From positions 6,115 through 70,114 of the forward strand of contig DASSOK010000042.1 in NCBI GenBank assembly GCA_035700665.1: DNA of 64,000 nucleotides, read 5' to 3'. Position numbers and translations under genes: made by a program. Under the pieces are notes generated by a model. The model was not told where the DNA came from and ran no database searches. It worked only from the letters and a program-made list of their open reading frames with translations. Position 1 is the first letter of the stretch. Each line of letters opens with the position of its first letter. The DNA is from Marmoricola sp. Its GTDB lineage: Bacteria > Actinomycetota > Actinomycetes > Propionibacteriales > Nocardioidaceae. Positions 19,798 through 30,825 of the stretch are shown here, in pieces.

Positions 19798-21021
19798 ATG
19801 ACCTCCCTCTTCGCCGCGCGACGCGCTGCCGAGGAGTTCGCCGACACCGTCGACCGATCCGTCGACGGGCACGGCGCAGCGACCCCCCGCTCCGGCCACC
19901 ACGCCGAGCTCCTCCAGACGGTCGCGCTGCTGCGTCAGCAGACCTCCGTGACCCCCCGCGCGGAGTTCGTCGCGGACCTGCGGGCCCGCCTGCTGGCGGC
20001 CGCCGACACCGTGCTCGAGCCGGCCGCTGCCCGGGACCGCTCCGCCGACCTGGTCGCGCTGCCGACGCGCTCCGCCTCCAGCCGTATCGGCGCCGCCGCG
20101 GCCGCCGCACTCGTGGTCATCGGCGGTACGACGGGCCTCGCCGCCGCGGCCCAGGGGTCGGTGCCCGGCGACACCCTCTACCCGGTCAAGCGCGGCATCG
20201 AGAATGCCGTGTCCGCCTTCAACACCAGCGACGCCGGTCGCGGCACCGACCTGCTCGGTGAGGCCGGCAACCGCCTCGAGGAGGCGCAGGCGCTCACCGA
20301 CAAGGACGCCTCGGCCGCCGCCATCGCGGACACGCTGGCCGACTTCGAGGACGCGGCCAACGAGGGCGCCGAGCTGCTGTTCACCTCCTACCGGACCGAC
20401 GCGGACGGCGACGACATCGCGACGGTGCGCCAGTTCACCGCCCAGAGCAGGGGCGACCTGGACGCGCTCGCGTTGACCGCGCCGGCCGGGGCCCAGCCCT
20501 CGATCGACTCCGCGCGGGCCACCCTGGGCGACCTCGACACGCAGGCCCGGACTCTGTGCGCGGCCTGCGGTGACGACTTCGCGCTCGCCGGGCTCGACTC
20601 ACTGCCGGCTGCCGCCACGTTCCGGACGCTGATCACCCAGCCGGTCCGCGAGGCCGGTGCTCGCGACCAGGCGCTCCTGGCCGAGCAGCAGCAGTCGGCG
20701 CTGGCCGAGGCGGCCGAGCAGGCCAGCCACGAAACGCCGCCGAGCGTCGCCCCCGGCCCGCAGACCGGGCCGTCGAGCGGCGACCAGCAGGGCACGGCCG
20801 GTCCGGCGCTTCCGGGCGTGGGGACCGCTGACGTCCCGGTCGACAGCACTGCGCTCAACGCGGTGACCGCGCCGGTCAAGAGCACGCTCACCGGAACGAC
20901 TGCCGGCGTGAAGGGCCTGATCAGCGAGGTCACGGGCACCACCCCGCTGGCACCCGTGACCGACCCGCTGGCCGACACCCTCCAGGACACCGTCGACGGG
21001 GTCACCGGCCTGCTGCCCTGA
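19798..21021 (+). CDS. DUF5667 membrane protein, RsbN-like anti-sigma factor
   Basis: PRAEFVADLRARL, TM helix, SVPGDTLYPVKRGIE motif; lies directly after the BldN-like sigma; AGGAG RBS. Confidence 0.75.
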   Translation: MTSLFAARRAAEEFADTVDRSVDGHGAATPRSGHHAELLQTVALLRQQTSVTPRAEFVADLRARLLAAADTVLEPAAARDRSADLVALPTRSASSRIGAAAAAALVVIGGTTGLAAAAQGSVPGDTLYPVKRGIENAVSAFNTSDAGRGTDLLGEAGNRLEEAQALTDKDASAAAIADTLADFEDAANEGAELLFTSYRTDADGDDIATVRQFTAQSRGDLDALALTAPAGAQPSIDSARATLGDLDTQARTLCAACGDDFALAGLDSLPAAATFRTLITQPVREAGARDQALLAEQQQSALAEAAEQASHETPPSVAPGPQTGPSSGDQQGTAGPALPGVGTADVPVDSTALNAVTAPVKSTLTGTTAGVKGLISEVTGTTPLAPVTDPLADTLQDTVDGVTGLLP

Positions 21022-21089
21022 GGCTACTGCGACCTCGCCGCCCCCGGTGGGCGGATCCGTGCTGTCCGGACCCGGGGCCGGCCTCCGGC

Positions 21090-22257
<1,168 letters not shown>

Positions 22258-22265
<8 letters not shown>

Positions 22266-23289
22266 GACCGGACCCTCCCGCCGAGCTGAGGGCGCTCGCC
22301 AGGGCCAGCTCGGCACCCTGGATCCGCTCGGCGGAGAGCGGGCCGGGACCGCGCGCGGCGGCGAACTCGGCGAACGCCTGGGCAGTGGTCCGCGACGGGG
22401 TGAAGCCGAGCACCTTCCGCATCCGGGTGGTGTCCACGCCGCGACCGTAGGTCAGGAAGCCGACCCGCTCCGGGCTGAAGTCGGCGAGCCGGGTCGGCCG
22501 GATGGCGCTGCCGAACTGCGTGAGCGCGAACCCCGGCACCGGCACCGAGGGCCGGCCCAGCCTGCGCACGGCCTGCGACAGCATCAGGACACCGTCGCCG
22601 GCGACGTTGAAGGTGCCGGCGACGTCGGCCAGCACGGCGTGCTCCATCGCGTCGAGGAGGTCGGTCTCGTGCAGGAACTGCAGACGCGCGTCGAAGCCGA
22701 GCACCGTCGGGATGACCGGGAGCCGGAAGTACGCCGTCAGCGAGGTGCTCACCCGGGGGCCGATGGCGGGAGCCGTCCGCAGCGTGGTGACGCGCACGTC
22801 GGGGCGGCGGCGGGCGAAGCCGCGCACATAGGACTCCACCTCGGTGACGTCCTTGGAGAAGCCTCCGCGCGGCAGCCGCTTGGCCCCCATGTCCTCGGAG
22901 AACATCGCCGGGTCGCGGTTGGAGGCGCCGTAGACCGCCGTACTCGACTTGACCACCAGGTGGCGGAGGTCGGGCGCCTGCTGGCAACCGGCGAGGAGCT
23001 GCATCGTGCCGATGACGTTGAGCTCCTTGGCCGAGGTGCGGCCGCTCGCCTCGCCGTCGCCGAGCACGCTCATGTGCACGACCGTGTCGACGTGCTCCCG
23101 GACGATCACCTTGGCGATGACGGGGTTGCGGATGTCGGCACGCACGAACTGGACCGTGCCGAGGTCGCCCCGCGGAGGCTGCACGTCCACGCCGATCACT
23201 CGTGCCACGTCGGGCGACGCGGCGATCTGCCGGGCGAAGCGACGACCGAGGTCGCGGGCGACCCCGGTCACGAGGACGGTTCGGCTCAT
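22258..23289 (-). CDS. NAD-dependent epimerase/dehydratase
   Basis: VLVTGVARDLG, KELNVIGTMQLL, KSSTAVYG. Confidence 0.9.
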
Positions 23290-23381
23290 CGGTGGCTCAG
23301 GCACCTCTGGGGCAGCTCTCGGCGCGATTCTGGGGCAGTTCTCGGGACAGTCCGCAGGCAGGCACAGTCAGCCGTGCGCGC

Positions 23382-23483
23382 TCACTTGCCGAGCTTGCGG
23401 CGCTGGACGCGCGTCTTCTTCAGCAGCTTGCGGTGCTTCTTCTTCGCCATGCGCTTGCGGCGCTTCTTGATGACAGAACCCAC
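23382..23483 (-). CDS. 30S ribosomal protein bS22 (33 aa)
   Basis: Below the ORF-track cutoff. Manual translation [33 protein letters not shown]; GAAAGG RBS. Confidence 0.95.
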   Translation of the reverse strand: MGSVIKKRRKRMAKKKHRKLLKKTRVQRRKLGK

Positions 23484-23622
23484 GGATGCCCTTTCGCATG
23501 CCTGACGGAGCCGGCGGGCCCCTGGTTTTCAGCAGACGCCCAGCCTAACCGCCACGCCGCCGACAACCGAATTCGCCCTTCTCCCGCGAGACGCAGGCCT
23601 GCCTCGTCAAGCCGCCGGCCGG

Positions 23623-23829
23623 TCAGCCGGTCTGGTAGAAGGAGCTCTTGAGGTACTCGTTCACGTCCTTCTCGCTCACCCGGAAGGAGCGGCCGACCCG
23701 CACGGCGGGGAGCTCACCGCTGTGCACCAGACGGTAAACCGTCATCTTGGAGACACGCATCACCGAGGCGACCTCGGCGACGGTCAGGAACTTGACCTCG
23801 GAGATGTCCCCCGACAGGTTCGAACCCAT
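23623..23829 (-). CDS. Small excisionase-like HTH DNA-binding protein (BdtA/Rv0500A-like)
   Basis: FLTVAEVASVMRVSKMTVYRLVHSGELPAVRVGRSFRV. Confidence 0.92.
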   Translation of the reverse strand: MGSNLSGDISEVKFLTVAEVASVMRVSKMTVYRLVHSGELPAVRVGRSFRVSEKDVNEYLKSSFYQTG

Positions 23830-23847
23830 GGTTCACCGCACTTTCTG

Positions 23848-23891
23848 GTGCGAACGGTCCCCGGCTTCCCCACCGGAGATCTCGCGTTCAC
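23848..23891 (-). promoter_or_regulatory. Stem-loop in the 5' leader of the HTH gene
   Basis: Minus strand GTGAACG-CGAGATC-TCCGG-TGGGGAAG-CCGGG-GAC-CGTTCGCAC, lying between a TATCCT -10 (23901-23906) and the RBS. Confidence 0.5.
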
Positions 23892-24008
23892 GCTGGACAG
23901 AGGATAGAGCCTGAAGTGACGGATGGGGAAGGGTTCTATGAATGAGACATTCCGACACTCCGGGCACCCCTAATCCGGACACATCGGGCGCCCTTCACCC
24001 TGCCCGGA

Positions 24009-25205
24009 TCAGGGCATCGGATCAAGCCCGTTGAGGGGGAACACCGCCTCCCGGGTGGCCTGGACCGCGCGGTCCAGCCAGGTGTCGGGGTTGTAGCCCT
24101 CGGACCAGTCGCGATAGGCGGGTTCGCGCCCGTCGGTCATCCGCACCGGCGCGCGCCGGCCCAGCCGCGAGGCAGCCTCCGCGCGCCACTCCAAGGGGGT
24201 GTCGAGGCCCGGCTCGAGTGGTTGGCCCGAGAGGATCGCGAGCAGGTGCGTCCACGCCCGGGGCACCACCTCCACGACCGCGTAGCCGCCACCGCCGAAG
24301 GCCACCCAGCGGCCGCCGGCGACCTCGTGGGCCAGGTCGTGCAGCGCCAGATAGCTCGCCCGCTGGCCGTCCACGCTCAACATCAGGTGCGCGAGCGGGT
24401 CGTCCCGGTGCGAGTCGCAGCCCTGCTGGGTGACCAGGATGTCCGGCGCGAATTCGCGGACCAGCGGGGGTACGACGGCGTGGAAGGCGCGCAGCCACCC
24501 CGCGTCCGAGGTGCCCGGGGGCAGCGCCACGTTGACTGCGGTGCCCTCGGCGCCGGGGCCGCCGAGCTCGTTCGGGAAGCCGGTGCCTGGGAAGAGCATC
24601 TGCCCGGTCTCGTGCAGGGAGATGGTCAGCACCCGCGGGTCGTCGTAGAACACCTGCTGCACGCCGTCGCCGTGGTGCACGTCGACGTCGACGTAGGCGA
24701 CCCGCTCGGCGCCGTTGTCGAGCAGCCACCTGATCGCCACCGCGACGTCGTTGTAGACGCAGAAGCCGCTCGCCTTCGTGGGCAGCGCGTGGTGTAGACC
24801 ACCGGCGATGTTGGCGGCGTGGACGGCCTCTCCCTGCCACACCCGTCGGGCGGCCTCGATGCTGGCGCCGACGACGTGCCGGGCCGCCCGGTGCATGTTC
24901 GGGAACGTCGGGTTGTCCTCCGTGCCGAGCCCGTGCGCCGGGTCGGTCAGCGCCGGATCCATGCTGCTGCGCTCCACCGCGTCCAGCAGATCCTGCTCGT
25001 GGACGGTGAGCAGGTCGGCGTCGCCGGCGTCCGGCGCCGGTACGGCGACCAGTCGGTCGGCCGCCACCACGCCCAGGGACTCCGCGAGCTTCATGGTGAG
25101 GTCCACGCGCAGCGGGTTCATCGGGTGGTCCGGGCCGAAGTCGTAGGCGGTCAGCGAGCTGTCGTAGACCACGCAGCACGGACCCCCACAGCCCCCTCCC
25201 GGCAC
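24009..25205 (-). CDS. acuC: Acetoin utilization protein AcuC (histone deacetylase family)
   Basis: HPMNPLR, GGLHHA, ASGFCVYND, DVDVHHGDG, GCDSHRDDPL, GGGGY. Confidence 0.93.
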   Translation of the reverse strand: MPGGGCGGPCCVVYDSSLTAYDFGPDHPMNPLRVDLTMKLAESLGVVAADRLVAVPAPDAGDADLLTVHEQDLLDAVERSSMDPALTDPAHGLGTEDNPTFPNMHRAARHVVGASIEAARRVWQGEAVHAANIAGGLHHALPTKASGFCVYNDVAVAIRWLLDNGAERVAYVDVDVHHGDGVQQVFYDDPRVLTISLHETGQMLFPGTGFPNELGGPGAEGTAVNVALPPGTSDAGWLRAFHAVVPPLVREFAPDILVTQQGCDSHRDDPLAHLMLSVDGQRASYLALHDLAHEVAGGRWVAFGGGGYAVVEVVPRAWTHLLAILSGQPLEPGLDTPLEWRAEAASRLGRRAPVRMTDGREPAYRDWSEGYNPDTWLDRAVQATREAVFPLNGLDPMP

Positions 25206-25208
25206 GGG

Positions 25209-26012
25209 TCAGTCCGTCCCGGCGGCGAGCTCGCTCGAGCGGTTCCGGGCAGCCTCCATCGCGGTGATGAACGCGGCGCGCACCTTGTGGTCCTCCAGCT
25301 GCCGGATCGCCGCTGCGGTGGTGCCGCCGGGCGAGGTGACCCGCTCGCGCAGCACCGTGGGGTGGTCGCCGGTCTCCCGCAGCAGCTTGGCCGAGCCGAC
25401 CACGGTCTGCACGACCAGCTCGGTGGCGGTCGTGCGGGGCAGCCCGAGGTGCACCCCTGCCTCGATCATCGCCTCGACGACGAAGAACAGGTAGGCCGGG
25501 CCGGAGCCGGAGATCGCCGTGACGGCGTCCTGCTGCTTCTCGGGCACCCGCAGCACCCGCCCGGTGGAGGAGAGAAGCTTCTCGGCCAGGTCGAGGTGCT
25601 CGTCGTCGCAGTGGGTCCCGGCGGAGATGGCGGCCATGCCCTCGTCGACGAGGGCGGGTGTGTTCGGCATGACCCGCACCACCGCGAGGCCGTCGGGGAG
25701 GTGCTGCTCGATGAACGCGGTCGTGATCCCCGCGGCCAGCGAGACCAGCAGCTGGTCAGGCCGCAGCACCGGCGCGATCTCGCCGAGCACGTCACTCATG
25801 TCCTGCGGCTTGACCACCAGCACCACCGTGTCCGCCGCCCCGGCCGCCTCGGTGTTGGCGACCACCTGGACGTCGTACCGCTGGCGCAGCTCGTCGGCGC
25901 GCTCCGGCCGCTTCTCCCCGATCACCAGCGCGGCCGGGTCGTGGCCGGCACGCAACAGCCCCGAGAGCAGGGTCTCCCCCATCACTCCGGCACCGATGAT
26001 GGCCACGGTCAT
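25209..26012 (-). CDS. proC: Pyrroline-5-carboxylate reductase
   Basis: GAGVMG, RVMPNTP, SGSGPAY, VTSPGGTT. Confidence 0.97.
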   Translation of the reverse strand: MTVAIIGAGVMGETLLSGLLRAGHDPAALVIGEKRPERADELRQRYDVQVVANTEAAGAADTVVLVVKPQDMSDVLGEIAPVLRPDQLLVSLAAGITTAFIEQHLPDGLAVVRVMPNTPALVDEGMAAISAGTHCDDEHLDLAEKLLSSTGRVLRVPEKQQDAVTAISGSGPAYLFFVVEAMIEAGVHLGLPRTTATELVVQTVVGSAKLLRETGDHPTVLRERVTSPGGTTAAAIRQLEDHKVRAAFITAMEAARNRSSELAAGTD

Positions 26013-26021
26013 GGCAGCCTC

Positions 26022-26951
26022 TTACTTCTTCGAGGTCAGGGACTTGAGGAAGAATGACAGGTTCGCCGGGCGCTCGGCGAGCCTTCTCATCAGGTAGCCG
26101 TACCACTCCTGCCCGTAGGGGACGTAGACACGGACCTGGTTGCCACGCTCGGCAAGGCGTCGCTGCTCGTCGGGCCTGATGCCGTAGAGCATCTGGAACT
26201 CGAAGGTGCCCGGGGCGCGGTCGAAGCGGGTCGCGAGCGCCTCGGCGATGCGGACCATCCGCGGGTCGTGGCTCGCGACCATGGGGTAGCCCTGGCCGGC
26301 CATCAGCACCTTGAGGCAGCGCACGTAGGCCTCCGCGACCTCCTGCCGCGACTGGTAGGCCACCGAGTCGGGCTCGTTGTAGGCGCCCTTGCACAGCCGC
26401 ACCCGCGAGCCCTCGAAGGCCAGGGCGCGGCAGTCGTCCTCGGTGCGGTGCAGGTAGGCCTGGAGGACCGCGCCGGTCTCGGGGAAGTCCTTCCGCAGCT
26501 CGCGCAGGGTGCCCAGCGTCTGGTCCGTGGTGGTGTGGTCCTCCATGTCGAGGGTGACGGTGGTGCCGGCGTTGCGCGCCGCGCGGCAGATCCGCCGGGC
26601 GTTCTCGAGGCTCAGCTTCGCGCCGACGTCGGGCAGCGCCTGACCGATCGCCGACAGCTTGACGCTCACCTCGGCGCTCCTGGCGAGCCCGTGGTCGCCG
26701 AGCTGCCCGAGGACGTCGAGGTACGCCGCCACGGTGGTCTCCGCCTGCTCCTGGTCGAGCGTGTCCTCGCCCAGGAAGTCGAGGGTGACGGTGAGCCCGT
26801 CGGCCACGAGGCTCTTGGTCGCCGCCACCGCGTCGGCGGTCGTCTCGCCCGGCACGTAGCGCGACACGATCCCGTTGCTGACGGGCATCGTGGTGACCAG
26901 ATCCTTCACACGCCGGCTCCGGGCGAGCATCAGCAGGGTTTGGCGCAGCAT
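26022..26951 (-). CDS. Monofunctional proline dehydrogenase
   Basis: TLDFLGE, LDMED, RLCKGAY, ASHD, FQMLYGIR, YVPYG, YLMRRLAERP; GGAG RBS before ATG 26951. Confidence 0.93.
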   Translation of the reverse strand: MLRQTLLMLARSRRVKDLVTTMPVSNGIVSRYVPGETTADAVAATKSLVADGLTVTLDFLGEDTLDQEQAETTVAAYLDVLGQLGDHGLARSAEVSVKLSAIGQALPDVGAKLSLENARRICRAARNAGTTVTLDMEDHTTTDQTLGTLRELRKDFPETGAVLQAYLHRTEDDCRALAFEGSRVRLCKGAYNEPDSVAYQSRQEVAEAYVRCLKVLMAGQGYPMVASHDPRMVRIAEALATRFDRAPGTFEFQMLYGIRPDEQRRLAERGNQVRVYVPYGQEWYGYLMRRLAERPANLSFFLKSLTSKK

Positions 26952-27015
26952 CTCTCTCCAGTACGACGTGACGCGCGGCACATTTACGTGCCCGCCGACA
27001 ACGTTACGCGGCGGC

Positions 27016-27750
27016 TCAGTCCGTCTGTCGGCGGAGGGTCAGCGCGCCCAGCACCAGGCCACCCACGACGTAGAGGGCCACGACGGCCAGGTCACCCCAC
27101 AGCGGAGGGTCGGCATCGGTGGAGACCTTGCTCATCGCGTCCACGGCGTAGGAGAGCGGCAGGACGTCCGACACCACCTCCAGCACCCGGGGCAGCGCGT
27201 CTCGGGCCACGAACAGTCCGCACAGCAGGATCTGCGGGATGAGCAGGGCGGGCATGAACTGCACGGCCTGGAACTCGGTGCGGGCGAAGGCCGAGACGAA
27301 CAGTCCCAGCGCCGTGCCGAGCAGCGCGTCCATCACGGCGACCAGCAGCAACAGCCAGACCGGTCCGCTGACCCGGAGGTCGAGGAACCAGATGCAGACG
27401 GCGACGGCGAGCGCCGACTGCAGCACGGCGACGAGGCCGAACGCCATGGCGTAGCCGAGCAGGAAGTCACCCTTCCCCATCGGCATGGCCAGGAGTCGCT
27501 CCAGCGTCCCGGAGGTGCGCTCACGCAGGGTGGTGACCGACGTGACCAGGAACATCACGATGGTGGGGATCAGCGCGAGCAGGGCCGGCGCGAGCTCACC
27601 GAAGCCGGGCCCGGGCAGGTCCTGGAACATCCACCACAGCAGGGTCATCAGCAGGCAGGGCAGGACCAGCAGCATCGCCAGGGTGCGGTGGTCGCGGCGC
27701 AGCTGCACCAGCACGCGGCGAGCGACCGCCAGGGTGATCCTGGGCGTCAT
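27016..27750 (-). CDS. ABC-2 type exporter permease
   Basis: LRERTSGTLERLL, six TM segments, PLSYAVD. Confidence 0.9.
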   Translation of the reverse strand: MTPRITLAVARRVLVQLRRDHRTLAMLLVLPCLLMTLLWWMFQDLPGPGFGELAPALLALIPTIVMFLVTSVTTLRERTSGTLERLLAMPMGKGDFLLGYAMAFGLVAVLQSALAVAVCIWFLDLRVSGPVWLLLLVAVMDALLGTALGLFVSAFARTEFQAVQFMPALLIPQILLCGLFVARDALPRVLEVVSDVLPLSYAVDAMSKVSTDADPPLWGDLAVVALYVVGGLVLGALTLRRQTD

Positions 27751-28496
27751 CGGCGGTCCTCCTCCACCAGCTGGAGGAAGGCCTGCTCGATGTCCTCCGC
27801 ACCCGTCTGCGCCAGCAGCCCCGACGGACTGTCATCGGCGATGATCCGGCCCTCGCGCATCAACAACAGGCGGTCGCAGCGCATCGCCTCGTCCATCACG
27901 TGACTGGAGACGAACACCGCCGCCCCGTCGTCGGCGAGCTCGTGGAACGTCTGCCACAGCTGCATCCGCAGCACCGGGTCCAGCCCGACGGTCGGCTCGT
28001 CGAGGACGATCAGCTCCGGTTGCCCGAGCAGGGCGACCGCGAGGGACACCCGCGAGCGCTGCCCGCCGGACAGCTCGTCCACCACACTGTCACGGCGGTC
28101 CGCGAGCGCGACCAGCTCCAGGCACTCGTCCACGCGGCGCTCGCCCACGCCGAGGACACTGCCGAAGAAGCGGAGGTTCTCGCCGACGCTGAGGTCGCCG
28201 TACACACTGGGCGCCTGGGTGACGTAGCCGATCCGGGAGCGCAGCGCCGGCGAGCCGGCCGGGCGGCCCAGCACCGTCACCTCGCCTGCGGTGATGCGCT
28301 GCACCCCGACGATCGCCCGCATCAGGGTCGACTTGCCGCACCCGGAGGGGCCGAGCAGCCCGGTGACCTGACCGGCCGGAACGCCAAAACCCAGTTCGTG
28401 CAGCACCTGCCGGCCTCGGCGAGCGACGCTGAGGCCGGCGACCTCGACGGCGCGGCCCACTGGGCCCGTCACTGGACCGTTCACCGGGCCGGTCAC
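27747..28496 (-). CDS. ABC transporter ATP-binding protein
   Basis: [25 protein letters not shown]; the N-terminus carries a TGPV-type 12-bp repeat. Confidence 0.93.
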   Translation of the reverse strand: MTGPVNGPVTGPVGRAVEVAGLSVARRGRQVLHELGFGVPAGQVTGLLGPSGCGKSTLMRAIVGVQRITAGEVTVLGRPAGSPALRSRIGYVTQAPSVYGDLSVGENLRFFGSVLGVGERRVDECLELVALADRRDSVVDELSGGQRSRVSLAVALLGQPELIVLDEPTVGLDPVLRMQLWQTFHELADDGAAVFVSSHVMDEAMRCDRLLLMREGRIIADDSPSGLLAQTGAEDIEQAFLQLVEEDRR

Positions 28497-29287
28497 TGGG
28501 CCTCCTGGGTGGTCGCGAAGTGCAACCGGCTGAACGCCAGGGACTCCAGCAGGTCGTTCTCCCGAGCGGCCCGGTTAGCCGACCGGCGGGTGTTGATCTC
28601 CACGACGATGTGCCCGTCGAAGCCCCCGGTCGCGAGGTGCTCCAGGAGCTCCCCGCACGGCATCGCCCCGCGGCCCGGAACCAGGTGCTCATCCTTGGCG
28701 GAGCCGCTGCCGTCGGTCATGTGGACGTGCCGCAGCCGATCACCGAGCCGCACCGCCATATCGACCGGATCGCTGTGCGCCGTCGCAGCGTGGGACAGGT
28801 CGAGAGTGGTGTTGGCGTAGTCCTCGCCGGACGGGTCCCAGTGCGGCTGGTAGACCTCCATCTCCCGACGCGACGTCGCCCGCCACGGATACATGTTCTC
28901 CACCGCGAAGGCGATGCCGGTCTGCTGCTCCAGCCGCGCGATGCCCTCGACGAACTCCTTGGCGTAGTCGCGCTGCCAGCGAAACGGCGGGTGTACGACG
29001 ACCACGTCGGCCTCGAGCTCGTGCGCCATCTCGGCGCTCATCTCGAGCTTCACCCACGGGTCGCTCCCCCACACGCGCTGGGTGATCAGCAGGCACGGCG
29101 AGTGCACTGCGCAGACCGGGACCTCGTGGTAGTCGCGCAGTCTCCGCACCTTGCCGATGTCCTGGCTGACGGCGTCGATGCCGACCATGACCTCGACCGC
29201 GTCGTACCCCAGCCGGGCGGCGTACTCGAAGGCGTGCGAGGTGGACTCGGGGTAGACCGAGGCGCTCGACAGGCCGAAGAGGGGCAC
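28493..29287 (-). CDS. Sugar phosphate isomerase/epimerase family TIM-barrel protein (Rv0498-like)
   Basis: [40 protein letters not shown]; start uncertain (29287 or 29335). Confidence 0.85.
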   Translation of the reverse strand: MPLFGLSSASVYPESTSHAFEYAARLGYDAVEVMVGIDAVSQDIGKVRRLRDYHEVPVCAVHSPCLLITQRVWGSDPWVKLEMSAEMAHELEADVVVVHPPFRWQRDYAKEFVEGIARLEQQTGIAFAVENMYPWRATSRREMEVYQPHWDPSGEDYANTTLDLSHAATAHSDPVDMAVRLGDRLRHVHMTDGSGSAKDEHLVPGRGAMPCGELLEHLATGGFDGHIVVEINTRRSANRAARENDLLESLAFSRLHFATTQEAQ

Positions 29288-29376
29288 GGGGTCAGCCCAG
29301 CCCTCGGGGGGACCCGGTGCCGCACAGCCCTGCACGCATGGGAATCAGCCTAGCGATCAGCGGCTATCGTGCCCGG

Positions 29377-30138
29377 GTGCCCGAAGTCGACCTGGTGTTC
29401 CCCCGTGCGTGGGTGGAGTTCGAGGACCCCGCGGACCCGGGCCAGGTCTTCCGCTGCGACCTGACCTGGCTGGCGTCGCGGTGGACCTGCATCTTCGGTG
29501 GTGGCTGCCAGGGGATCTACCGCTCCGCCCCGGACGCCGGGTGCTGCACGCTGGGGGCACACTTCTCCGACCGGGACGACGAGCGCCGGGTCGCTGGCTG
29601 GGTCGCCCGCCTGGACGACTCGCTGTGGGAGAAGCGCGCCGAGGCGGTCAACCCGCGCGGCCGGCTGACCCGGGCGGGCTGGACGGAGGTGGAGGACGGC
29701 GAGCGCAAGACCCGCGTCGTGGGTGGCGCCTGCATCTTCCACAACAGCCGTGGCTTCGAGGGCGGCTACGGGTGCGCGCTGCACGCGCTGGCACTTCGCG
29801 AGGGCGTGCACTTCGTCGAGACCAAGCCGGACGTCTGCTGGCAGCTCCCGATCCGACGCACCTACCGGACGGTCGAGCGGCCCGACGACACGTCGTACCT
29901 CGAGATCAGCATCGCTGAGTACGACCGGCGCGGCTGGGGGCCGGGCGGGCACGACCTCGACTGGTACTGCTCCGGCAACACCGATGCCCACGTCGGCGCC
30001 GAGCCCGTCTACCTCTCCAGCGCCACCGAGCTGATCGCCCTGATGGGGCAACCCGCCTACGACGTCCTGGCCGCGAAGTGCGAGGCGCACCTGCGGTCGG
30101 GCTCGCGACTGGCGCCGCACCCGGCGGATCCGGCCTGA
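29377..30138 (+). CDS. Conserved Cys-rich putative metal/Fe-S protein (Rv0495c-like)
   Basis: [38 protein letters not shown]; TATCGT -10 lies 6 nt before the GTG. Confidence 0.75.
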   Translation: MPEVDLVFPRAWVEFEDPADPGQVFRCDLTWLASRWTCIFGGGCQGIYRSAPDAGCCTLGAHFSDRDDERRVAGWVARLDDSLWEKRAEAVNPRGRLTRAGWTEVEDGERKTRVVGGACIFHNSRGFEGGYGCALHALALREGVHFVETKPDVCWQLPIRRTYRTVERPDDTSYLEISIAEYDRRGWGPGGHDLDWYCSGNTDAHVGAEPVYLSSATELIALMGQPAYDVLAAKCEAHLRSGSRLAPHPADPA

Positions 30139-30186
30139 CTCCACCCCCGGTGTCCCGAGCCGATCCCTCGCGGGTCAGAATCAGGC

Positions 30187-30825
30187 ATGCGCCTCGACCA
30201 CATCGTCTTCGCAGCCGGGCCCGACGGACTGGACGCAACGGCAGCGCGTCTCTCTGCACAGCTGGGTGAGGACTTCCAGGACGGCGGGGTGCACCCGCGG
30301 TTCGGCACCCGCAACCGGATCCTGCCCCTCACCGACCAGCACTACCTCGAGCTCGTCGAGGTCCTCGACCACCCCGCCTCCGACAAGGCGCCGTTCGGCC
30401 AGGCCGTGCGGGCGCGCTCCGAGCTCGGCGGCGGCTGGATGGGCTGGGTCGTCGGCGTCGACGACATCCGCCCGCACGAGCAGCGCCTGGGACGTGAGTC
30501 GGTCAAGGGCAACCGGCACCGTCCCGACGGCACCGAGCTCCTCTGGAAGCAGCTGGGCGTCAAGGGCCTGCAGGCCGACCCTCAGCTCCCGTTCTTCGTG
30601 CAGTGGGAGATCGACTCCGCCGAGCACCCGTCGACCGGGGCCTCCGGCCGGATCGGTCTCGAACGACTCGACATCGCCGGTGACCCGCTGCGGGTCTCGG
30701 AGTGGCTCGGCCAGCCGGTCGAGGAGTTCCTCACCGACCTGAAGGTCGAGTGGGTCGCCCCGAACGGCACCCCGGGCATCGTGGCCGCGTCGTTCCACAC
30801 ACCGGCCGGGGTCGTCCGGATCTGA
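30187..30825 (+). CDS. VOC/glyoxalase-like protein
   Basis: MRLDHI, GGVHPRFGTRN, YLELV, LPFFVQW. Confidence 0.85.
   Translation: MRLDHIVFAAGPDGLDATAARLSAQLGEDFQDGGVHPRFGTRNRILPLTDQHYLELVEVLDHPASDKAPFGQAVRARSELGGGWMGWVVGVDDIRPHEQRLGRESVKGNRHRPDGTELLWKQLGVKGLQADPQLPFFVQWEIDSAEHPSTGASGRIGLERLDIAGDPLRVSEWLGQPVEEFLTDLKVEWVAPNGTPGIVAASFHTPAGVVRI

Noticed and set aside
23623-23829. Excisionase as evidence of a prophage or integrative element
   Set aside because: This is a conserved chromosomal HTH gene next to bS22; there is no integrase, att site or phage gene nearby.
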